The notes beneath the pieces were generated by a model that searched no databases, was not told the DNA's origin, and saw nothing but the letters and a program-made list of their open reading frames with translations. Positions 49,460 to 57,217 of a stretch of 64,000 nucleotides of DNA are shown piece by piece. Positions within the stretch are counted from its first letter, which is position 1. Every line of letters begins with the position of its first letter. The stretch comes from an uncultured Verrucomicrobiae bacterium (GTDB lineage Bacteria; Verrucomicrobiota; Verrucomicrobiia; Chthoniobacterales; UBA10450), in NCBI GenBank assembly GCA_963756875.1, contig CAVWPA010000001.1, positions 96,001 to 160,000 of the forward strand, given 5' to 3'. The position numbers and the translations under genes are program-made.

Positions 49460-51463
49460 CTACCGTTGCTCGGTCCCTGGCAGCAGCACACTGACCGACG
49501 TGCCTTGAGGGCCCGAATCGATGTCCACCCTCCCGTTGTGATCGAAGATCGTGCGCTTCACAATCGGCAATCCTAATCCCATCCCGCGCGGCTTGGTGGT
49601 GCAAAAAGGAGAAAATATTTTCTCCTTCAACTCCGGCGCGATTCCTTTGCCGTTGTCCCGCACAGTAATCACAACTCCGCCGGGCCCGTCGTTTTCACGG
49701 AGTGGTTTTACCGAAAGCGCGATGCGGCGTTTCTTTTGATGGGAAAGAGCCTCGGCCGCGTTGGCCACCAGGTGAGCAAACGCTTCGGCAAGGGCTTCTT
49801 CATCGCCAAGCACGTGTGGCAGGTTGCCAGGCAGCGACGTTTCCACTTCAATCCCGCCATTTACCCCGAAGCGCGACCGGGCGATTTCGAGGCCTTTCTT
49901 TACCGGTGCGCGCACGTCGATGGACTTCAGAACAATTTCGGGCGGATGCGCGAAGCTATTGATCTGGGTAATGATCCTGTCCAGGCGATCGACCTCTTTA
50001 ACTACGATTTTGTTGAATTCCTTGCGGAAGTCGGCGTCCTCGAAGCGTTCGGGAAGAAGTTGGGCAAAAGTTTTTATGGCAACCAGCGGGTTGCGGATCT
50101 CGTGCGACATGCTGGCAGCGAGATCGGTCCAGAAGGCGGCTCGATCGAGCAGCGCCTGTTTTTCGCGCGTCGTTACTTCGGTGGTCAGATCGTGCAGAAC
50201 AGCCACGGCCCCAAGGGGCGTGCGCTGGTCTGCCAGGCGGCGCACCTCAACCGACAGCGGGCGACGCGTGTTATTGTCGGTCCACTGCCGCGCCGGCAGA
50301 TTCGCTTTCGAATCGAGGGCGTCGCGCAGGAACGAGGCCAGACGGGTTCCCAGTGCTTCCACAGGTTTGTTCACGGCATTTGAGCTCGACACTCCGAGAA
50401 GTTGCTCAGCCGTCGGGTTAAACCAACGCACGACTCCATCCTCATCGGTGGCTACGATGCCTGACGGAATCGATTTGAGAAGAGTTTCAGCCAGCGTTTT
50501 TTGCAGCGTTACTTCCTCGTAAAGCAGGGAGTTCTCCAGCACGGTTGAGACCTGTTCAGCCAGCAGCATCAGGGCTTCAAGATCGCGGTAATCGAACGGC
50601 TGGCCGGCGATCCGATGTCCGAAAAATAACCAGCCGATGATACGACCGCGTGCGTAAAGGGGCACAATGACTTCCGCGCCAAAAGCGTCCAGGGCGCGCC
50701 GCATCACCTGACGCGTTCTCTGATCCGCGGCTTGCGCAAGATTTGCGCGTGCGATCAGGGAGGCGTTCGATTCGAACCAGCGGACCAGCGCATCGCGCTC
50801 GCCAAATTCCATTTCGTGCGTTTCGGGCAGGCAGCGCAACCCCGCCCGTAGCCGGTAATCTTCGCCCTGGCGCCCGCGTGAAAAAATACCCACTCGCGCT
50901 ACACCGGCCGCGTCCGCCACGCCTTCCACAATGCTCCCGAGCAAAGCGTCGATATTTTCAAACCGGCGAAAAACCCGGGGAAAACGCATCATCACCGCAG
51001 ACGACGCGCCATAACGCTCCGCAGCAACCTCCGGTCGATGCAGTGGCTGGGCCACAGGGACCATGGCGGATGTTTCCCGCAAGTCCCGATTTTCCTGCAA
51101 AGCTTTGAGATAATCGAAAGCCCGGCCGGCCAAAGCCTGGAACCGGCGGCGATCCAACTCGAGATCTTCCGCTGCGTAAATTCCAAATTGTTCCGCTTCA
51201 CGCAGCGGTTCCGAGCGCATGACGCCGAGCGCTATGATCAGTACGTCCTGCCATTCCTGTTGAACTTGTTCGATGAGATCGCGGCATTCTTTGGCGCGGA
51301 GATCTGCAATCAGCAGGCAGGCGCCGACTTGCTGAAGAACCGCGTCCAGACGATCCGGCTCGCTGACGTGCCGTACTTGTGCGGCCATACGCAGGTACGC
51401 CCTGACCCGCCGGCTCAGATCGGAATCCTGCGTATATAAGATGCAGACCGGCGGGGGAATCAT
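49460..51463 (-). CDS. Cytoplasmic histidine kinase: degenerate receiver, GAF, PAS, HisKA, HATPase
   Basis: MSHEIRNPL, NAAEA, DNGKGI, FSPFCTTK and GMGLGL motifs. The ORF-track extension to 51625 is repeat-derived. Confidence 0.92.
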   Translation of the reverse strand: MIPPPVCILYTQDSDLSRRVRAYLRMAAQVRHVSEPDRLDAVLQQVGACLLIADLRAKECRDLIEQVQQEWQDVLIIALGVMRSEPLREAEQFGIYAAEDLELDRRRFQALAGRAFDYLKALQENRDLRETSAMVPVAQPLHRPEVAAERYGASSAVMMRFPRVFRRFENIDALLGSIVEGVADAAGVARVGIFSRGRQGEDYRLRAGLRCLPETHEMEFGERDALVRWFESNASLIARANLAQAADQRTRQVMRRALDAFGAEVIVPLYARGRIIGWLFFGHRIAGQPFDYRDLEALMLLAEQVSTVLENSLLYEEVTLQKTLAETLLKSIPSGIVATDEDGVVRWFNPTAEQLLGVSSSNAVNKPVEALGTRLASFLRDALDSKANLPARQWTDNNTRRPLSVEVRRLADQRTPLGAVAVLHDLTTEVTTREKQALLDRAAFWTDLAASMSHEIRNPLVAIKTFAQLLPERFEDADFRKEFNKIVVKEVDRLDRIITQINSFAHPPEIVLKSIDVRAPVKKGLEIARSRFGVNGGIEVETSLPGNLPHVLGDEEALAEAFAHLVANAAEALSHQKKRRIALSVKPLRENDGPGGVVITVRDNGKGIAPELKEKIFSPFCTTKPRGMGLGLPIVKRTIFDHNGRVDIDSGPQGTSVSVLLPGTEQR

Positions 51464-51554
51464 GCCGCCGTCGCTCCTGGAATACTCCGGTTCGGAGACT
51501 TTTTGGTGCCTGGTGTCGGGAAAGTGGAATTTCCCATTAGATCGCGACGGAAGG

Positions 51555-51762
51555 ACCAAATCCCAAGCACCAAATCCCAAAGAAACTTCAAGCTCCAATC
51601 TCCAAAGGGCGGTCTCGCGCAGCAATCTAACCTACGGGTCTCACCAATGATTGGCCAAACACCCGCTAAAGACATCGCGCTGTTACCGGACGCGATACGC
51701 GATATTTGAGTATTGGTATTTGGAGATTCCCTGGAGCTTGGGCTTTGGGATTTGAGGCTTCC
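51555..51762. repeat. Inverted heptamer array between the two kinase genes
   Basis: caaatcccaagcaccaaatcccaaagaaacttcaagctccaa ... ttggagattccctggagcttgggctttgggatttgaggctt. Confidence 0.75.
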
Positions 51763-51773
51763 GGTCATCGGTT

Positions 51774-54305
51774 TCATGCCGCCGCCACCTCGCTGCCAAA
51801 TCTAACGAGGGGAAGCAGAATGTGAAAAGCTGTTCCTTTTTTAAGTTCGCTCTCGACCTCGATCTGTCCCTCGTGCTCCTGAATGATTCCATGCACTACC
51901 GACAGGCCCAGTCCGGTCCCGTAATCCTTTGTCGTGAAGAAAGGATCAAAGACATGCGGGATATCCTGCTTGCGAATTCCATCGCCCGTATCGCGGATCG
52001 TGATTCGCAAAACCTCTATTTCCGCCGCACCGCCGTTGCCTTGGGCCATTGAAGAGGCCCATCTCTTTTGCGTTTGAATCTGGGTATTAACGACCAGTTC
52101 GCCGCCGTTTTTCATCGCGTCCATGGCATTCAGAAAGAAATTGAGAAAGACTTGCTCGAGCTGGTCGGCATCGCCGCGGATTGTATCAACATTTGCCTCC
52201 CAAGAGCGAGTTAATTTGATTTCTTTTTGATATAACCGGTGGCCGACCAGCATGAGCGATTTTTCCAGCGCTTCATGTGCGTGCATCTTCTTAAGATGCG
52301 GTTTGGCCGGGCGAGCAAAGCGAAGCAGCTGGTTAACCAGCGAATCGATCCGGTCGATCTCGTGTCCGATCAGGTTCGAGAAAGTCTCACGGAAATCGGA
52401 ATCCTGATAACGCTCCGGTAACAACTGCGCGAATGTTTTGATCGAAACCAGCGGATTCTTGATTTCGTGGGCCATGCCGGCCGAGAGCGTGCCGAGGCTG
52501 GCCAGCCGATCGCTGCGGCGAATTTGCGATTCGAGTCGCTTGAGCGCCGTGATATCGGTCAGCACCATCAGCGCACCGAGCATCTCTCCATTTTGATCGT
52601 GAAAGATGGACGTGCTTGTGCGCGCGACCCTCGCCTCGTCCCCAGACTGCAGGGCCAGCTCGTTGTTCTCCCGGCCCTGCCCGGTGTTCAAAGTTTCGCG
52701 CAACGTATCGCGCAACGGGCCGGGGAGCGCTCCAAGGGAAATGCCGGGAATTTCGTCGGCCTTGAGTCCCGTGATTCGTCCGGCTTCGTTGTTGAATACG
52801 GTAATAAGCTCGTCGGCGCCCGTGGCGATGACGCCAGTGGTCAGATTTTCCAGCAAAGTCTCGTTGTAAATCTTTGCGTTCTGCACCTCGGTAAAGAGCT
52901 CGGCATTTTCAATTGCCACCGCGAGCTGGCCGCATAAAACCTGCAAGGCGCTTTGCTCGACGCTTCCGTAAATGCGTCCCGATTTCCGTGCGCCGAGCAG
53001 CATCACGCCGGCCAGATGATCGCGAGCGAAGATTCCCATGGCCACCGCGACCTGGAGCGAGTTCAACTGTCTCATTACACTCTGGAGTTGCTCGGTGGGC
53101 CGCACGCGGCGCAGCTCGTCCATGACGACCGGCTCGTGCTCGGATTCAAGTTGCACGATCGTTGCCTGGTCGCGTGTCAATTCCAGCCGTTGGCGGGAAC
53201 CGGGCTCGACCATCGGATATTGCTGCGAAAATCCCTGTCTGTCCGGCAAAAGGATGAAGATCCGCTCGGTGCCGACGGCTCCGGCTACCGTATTGGCGAA
53301 TTTGTCCAACAGGTCTCTCAGAGTTGTAACGGAACTTAATATTTTGGCGGCCTTGCTTACGGTCGCGCGAAAATCGAGCTGATGGGAACCGATGAAAAGC
53401 CGTTCTGCAAATCGTTGCGAAACACCGCGTGCCGGCGCCATTGCAAACGCGATAACGATGGCCGCTACGACGTGCGCAATGGCGTGGGAATTCCCCGCCG
53501 AAGAATGCAATGCGGTCGCAACGAGCCACCAGACCAGCGCATAAAGGCTGAGCAGGTAAACCGTGAGTAAGCTATAAGAGATAACGCGACGAAGAAGGAC
53601 GCCGACGTCCATGATTTTTCGGGTCGCGATGCCGTAAGCGACTACCAGACTAAACAAAACGATTCGAAACGGGCCTAGCCAAGTCAACCTCGACGTATCT
53701 ACGAAGAGGCTTAAAAGAAGGTACAAAGGAATGGAAAGCAGAAGGGCTACAACAGCACCCATGATAACGAGTGCCATTTCTGATTTCTCAGGGCCCGAAA
53801 CTCGACGTAGGTCGAGTGACAAGAGGATGATTAAAGCGACGATCGCGCCCGCGAAGCACATCGCGAACAAATGAAAGCCCGGCCCATAAGAAGGGACGGG
53901 GAAAGATGAGGCATGCCCGGCCTCGTGACTTAGATGAACCCCTTTTAGAAAAAACTTAGTCTGACAAAGGATCGCGATGGCGATGCTACCTAAGAACCAT
54001 GGAAGCGCTCGCCGCAGGAGGGCGCGCCACCTTTCTTTTCCCCTGCGAATGGAGAGACGAAGAAGATTAACAGTCGCCAGAATGAACGCGCCCACGGCGG
54101 AGGCCTGTCGAATGCAAAACTCGGCGACCCCTAGGTTGTTCGTCAGTAGCCCGTAATAAAGGTTTGCCAGCCATCCGGTAATGGCGAGCGAAAGAAATAA
54201 GAAACACTGGTTGGATTTTCGCTTCGGGTTGGCTTGGAAGACGACCAGTCCTAAGCCCACCTGGATGAGAATCGCTGCAAGGGCTGGTAAGCCAGCGCTA
54301 GTCAT
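51774..54305 (-). CDS. Membrane sensor histidine kinase: multi-TM (HisKA_7TM-like), GAF, PAS, HisKA, HATPase
   Basis: About 9 hydrophobic helices starting ...NPKRKSNQCF; QLAVAIENAELF; MAHEIKNPL; FDPFFTTK; GTGLGL. Confidence 0.93.
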   Translation of the reverse strand: MTSAGLPALAAILIQVGLGLVVFQANPKRKSNQCFLFLSLAITGWLANLYYGLLTNNLGVAEFCIRQASAVGAFILATVNLLRLSIRRGKERWRALLRRALPWFLGSIAIAILCQTKFFLKGVHLSHEAGHASSFPVPSYGPGFHLFAMCFAGAIVALIILLSLDLRRVSGPEKSEMALVIMGAVVALLLSIPLYLLLSLFVDTSRLTWLGPFRIVLFSLVVAYGIATRKIMDVGVLLRRVISYSLLTVYLLSLYALVWWLVATALHSSAGNSHAIAHVVAAIVIAFAMAPARGVSQRFAERLFIGSHQLDFRATVSKAAKILSSVTTLRDLLDKFANTVAGAVGTERIFILLPDRQGFSQQYPMVEPGSRQRLELTRDQATIVQLESEHEPVVMDELRRVRPTEQLQSVMRQLNSLQVAVAMGIFARDHLAGVMLLGARKSGRIYGSVEQSALQVLCGQLAVAIENAELFTEVQNAKIYNETLLENLTTGVIATGADELITVFNNEAGRITGLKADEIPGISLGALPGPLRDTLRETLNTGQGRENNELALQSGDEARVARTSTSIFHDQNGEMLGALMVLTDITALKRLESQIRRSDRLASLGTLSAGMAHEIKNPLVSIKTFAQLLPERYQDSDFRETFSNLIGHEIDRIDSLVNQLLRFARPAKPHLKKMHAHEALEKSLMLVGHRLYQKEIKLTRSWEANVDTIRGDADQLEQVFLNFFLNAMDAMKNGGELVVNTQIQTQKRWASSMAQGNGGAAEIEVLRITIRDTGDGIRKQDIPHVFDPFFTTKDYGTGLGLSVVHGIIQEHEGQIEVESELKKGTAFHILLPLVRFGSEVAAA

Positions 54306-55545
54306 CGCCTGAAATACGGTTCGCAATCATCGTGCACGCACTGCCTCCGAGGCCTCTGACATTGATAAGGGTGCAGCCTACCTTCGTTTTGCGAGGGCGG
54401 GACGGAACGAAATCGAGGTCGCAATCGGCATCCCCGGTTTCGAAGTTTGCCGTTGGCGCGATGATCTGATCGCGAATGCTAAGGGCACACGTGGCCAGTT
54501 GCAATGGGCCTCCGGCAGCCAACGGGTTTCCAGTGACGCCTTTAATGGAGTTGACTGGAATTTCGTAGGCTCGCTCGCGAAAAACCTCCTTTATAAACCG
54601 CACTTCCGCCGCGTCCAAAGTTCGATCGCTTGGACCGTACGCAGAGATGTAGTCAACGTCTTCGGTGGAACGCACCGCGTTCGCCAGTGCAAGCCTCATT
54701 GAGTCGACCAAACCGGAACCGGGTCTCTCGGGATCGAGATCGCGCCGCTTCGCATAACCGCATATTTCGAGATAAGCGCGCGCTCCCCGAGCTTCTGCGT
54801 GCTCCAGATTTTCAAGGATGAAAATACATGCGCCCTCCGCGAGAACACCACATTGTCTCTCGGAATCAAAAGGTCGGCTGGCTTTCTCAGGTTCCCCATT
54901 CGTGGTCGAACAAAGTCCGCTTCCTATGAAACTCGCCATCGTTAACGGTGTTATAGGAGCGTCTGCCCCGCCGGCGACGGCAATCTCTGCTTCTCCCATG
55001 CGGATCATGGCAGCCGCGTCAGCCACCGCATCGAGACCGGATGGGCAAGCCGAAGAAACCGTCACCGCGTTGGCGCACGCGCCCAGTCGATCAGCGATAA
55101 GGTTTGCCGGCGCTTGAGGAATTGAAGCGGCCGATGCGCTCGCGGGCGCGCGGTTCGGCCCGCGGTCCCGCAGGGCGAAATAAACACTTTCGATCACATC
55201 TATCGCGCTGGTGCTTATTCCGATCACCACCGGAGTCGGGCTGGGTAATTCGAGATTGTCGGGATCCAGTCCCGCGTCTCGTAGCGCCATCATTGTTGCC
55301 GCGTAGGCAAACTGCGTGTGCCGCGCCATCCGCTTGGGTTTCAACTCCGGCTCAATGTAATCCAGCGGATCGAAGTTCTTTACCTCACCGGCAATGCGAC
55401 TCTTGAAACCAGTCGCATCGAACAACGTGATCGGCCCAATCCCGCTGCGACTGGCGAGGAGCGACTCCCAAAATGGCTCAATGCCAATCCCGTTCGGGGC
55501 TAGAATTCCCATGCCAGTGATAACAACGCGATTTCTCCTGGTCAT
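54298..55545 (-). CDS. FabF-like beta-ketoacyl synthase with a non-canonical active site
   Basis: RVVITGMG, SSACPSG, SRPFD and EGA motifs; YISAYG and KGVTGN replace the canonical YINAHG and KSMTGH. Confidence 0.9.
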   Translation of the reverse strand: MTRRNRVVITGMGILAPNGIGIEPFWESLLASRSGIGPITLFDATGFKSRIAGEVKNFDPLDYIEPELKPKRMARHTQFAYAATMMALRDAGLDPDNLELPSPTPVVIGISTSAIDVIESVYFALRDRGPNRAPASASAASIPQAPANLIADRLGACANAVTVSSACPSGLDAVADAAAMIRMGEAEIAVAGGADAPITPLTMASFIGSGLCSTTNGEPEKASRPFDSERQCGVLAEGACIFILENLEHAEARGARAYLEICGYAKRRDLDPERPGSGLVDSMRLALANAVRSTEDVDYISAYGPSDRTLDAAEVRFIKEVFRERAYEIPVNSIKGVTGNPLAAGGPLQLATCALSIRDQIIAPTANFETGDADCDLDFVPSRPRKTKVGCTLINVRGLGGSACTMIANRISGDD

Positions 55546-55760
55546 ATTATTCTATTCCATTTCGAGAAATGGTGGTTCATAGTGCCGACAATGCGGGTGA
55601 CTCGATCTCTGCGGCAGAGAAATTTCGCTGCGGTGGTTATAAACCCAAAGTAATGGCCGGTCACACTGGACACGAGCGGATCACGACCGATTCTAAACGC
55701 TACATTAAATCCAGTCATTATATTTTTCTGCCACTTTCAGCCCGACTTATTCACCAAATT

Positions 55761-55782
55761 TGCAACTTATCCACAAGTTGCA
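55761..55782. promoter_or_regulatory. Inverted repeat, candidate activator site, overlapping a TTATCCACA DnaA-box consensus
   Basis: tgcaactt-atccac-aagttgca in an AT-rich divergent intergenic region. Confidence 0.45.
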
Positions 55783-55868
55783 TCTTGCGCGCCAACTGTT
55801 TTCATTTCAGCTTCTTTACTCCGTTTTCTATGCTTCCGCGGCCTTTTTTTTCATCTCGTCACCCTCCT

Positions 55869-55884
55869 CGGCACGCGCCTAGCT
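55869..55884 (+). promoter_or_regulatory. Putative sigma54 (-24/-12) promoter
   Basis: CGGCACGCGCCTAGCT versus consensus TGGCACG-N4-TTGCW; 20 nt upstream of the ATG at 55905. Confidence 0.55.
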
Positions 55885-55904
55885 GTTAACCCGCTCGGTC
55901 ATAC

Positions 55905-57059
55905 ATGACTGCCTCAACCGAATTGCCTCAAATTCTCGTTATTGACGATGAAATGGGACCGCGGGAAAGCCTGCGCATGCTGCTAAAACCGAACTACCAG
56001 GTTCACACGGCCGATTGCGTCGAGGCGGGTCTCAAACTGCTCAAGGAAAAATCTCCCGACACGATCGTCATGGATATCCGCATGCCTGGTATGACCGGAA
56101 TCGATGGCTTGCGAAAGATCCGCGAGATCGATCCGCATCTTTCCGTCATTATGCTCACCGGTTTTGGAGCGCTTGATACGGCAAAAGAGGCCCTGCGCCT
56201 GGGCGCCAACGATTATATCAGCAAACCGTTTGATGCGCGCGAAATGCAGGAAGTAATCGGCCGTAACGTGGAACGCACCCGCGTTCAACGAACCGCGGAT
56301 CATGCCGCTGAAGAAATCAAGGAGCTAAACAACCGCCTGCTCAAAGAACTGGCTCAAAAGGAAAGACTGGCGTCCCTCGGTCAAGCCTCGGCCGAATTCG
56401 TGCATGATCTCGGTAACCCGCTGACCATTGTCTGGGGTTATGTGCAGCTGCTGGCCAAGCGGCTGGAAAAATCCGAAAACAGCGATACTGCTACCCAAAA
56501 TGCGACCTCGGTTAAAGAGCTCAATATTATCGAACAGAACGTCCGTCTGTGCCGTGAGCTTCTTACAATGTGGCAAAGTTACGGCAGCGTCGAAGCGTCT
56601 CCGCCCAAGCCCCTCTCCGTGTCGGAAATCCTCCGGGAAATCATCAAAGGCATCAGCGCGGTGGCAACTCAGAGCGGCGTGGAACTAAATGCCACCATCT
56701 GCGAAGACCCGTGCATTCTGCTCGGCGACGCCGTGCAAGTGAGACGCGCGATTCAAAACGTGGTGATTAACGCGGTGCAAGCTTCCGCGGAGAAAAAAGG
56801 GTCGGTCAAAGTCACCTGCACAAAAAAAGATTTCTACGTCGATCTTCTCATCGAAGACAACGGACCCGGAATTGCTCCCGCGGAACTGAACAGAATTTTC
56901 GACCCTTATTTCACGACCAAGCAGGCGAAGAGCGGCACCGGTCTTGGACTGTATATCACGAAAAAAGTCGTCCAGGATCACAATGGTTCGATCAAGGTGG
57001 ACACCACGCCCGGTGTCGGCAGTATTTTCACAATCCGTTTGCCGCTCTCGAATAAGTAG
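55905..57059 (+). CDS. Hybrid response regulator / histidine kinase (REC, HisKA, HATPase)
   Basis: VIDDE, MDIRMP, YISKPF, FVHDLGNPL, DNGPGI and GTGLGL motifs. Confidence 0.93.
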   Translation: MTASTELPQILVIDDEMGPRESLRMLLKPNYQVHTADCVEAGLKLLKEKSPDTIVMDIRMPGMTGIDGLRKIREIDPHLSVIMLTGFGALDTAKEALRLGANDYISKPFDAREMQEVIGRNVERTRVQRTADHAAEEIKELNNRLLKELAQKERLASLGQASAEFVHDLGNPLTIVWGYVQLLAKRLEKSENSDTATQNATSVKELNIIEQNVRLCRELLTMWQSYGSVEASPPKPLSVSEILREIIKGISAVATQSGVELNATICEDPCILLGDAVQVRRAIQNVVINAVQASAEKKGSVKVTCTKKDFYVDLLIEDNGPGIAPAELNRIFDPYFTTKQAKSGTGLGLYITKKVVQDHNGSIKVDTTPGVGSIFTIRLPLSNK

Positions 57060-57217
57060 TAACGGCGGAGACGTCGGCAACGAATCTATGCGTTGTAGAG
57101 GCGTCCGTGCCGGCGCAAACTTGCGACCAAGCGACATCGTAGGGTAATTCACGCTTCCGGCGTGCGGTTTCGCGATATCCCCGCCGCGGCAGCACGCGAT
57201 ATGGGCGTGCGCTTCGC

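Noticed and set aside
51464..51625. N-terminal extension of the cytoplasmic kinase
   Set aside because: It translates a heptamer array (WRLELEVSLGFGAWDL), the same peptide type as spurious ORFs near 7.1, 11.3 and 12.1 kb.
55572..55588. Sigma54 promoter for the ketosynthase gene
   Set aside because: The minus strand has CGGCAC, but the -12 position reads CA rather than GC.
55546..55904. Replication origin
   Set aside because: Only one perfect and one near DnaA box; no dnaA or dnaN nearby, and GC skew cannot be assessed here.
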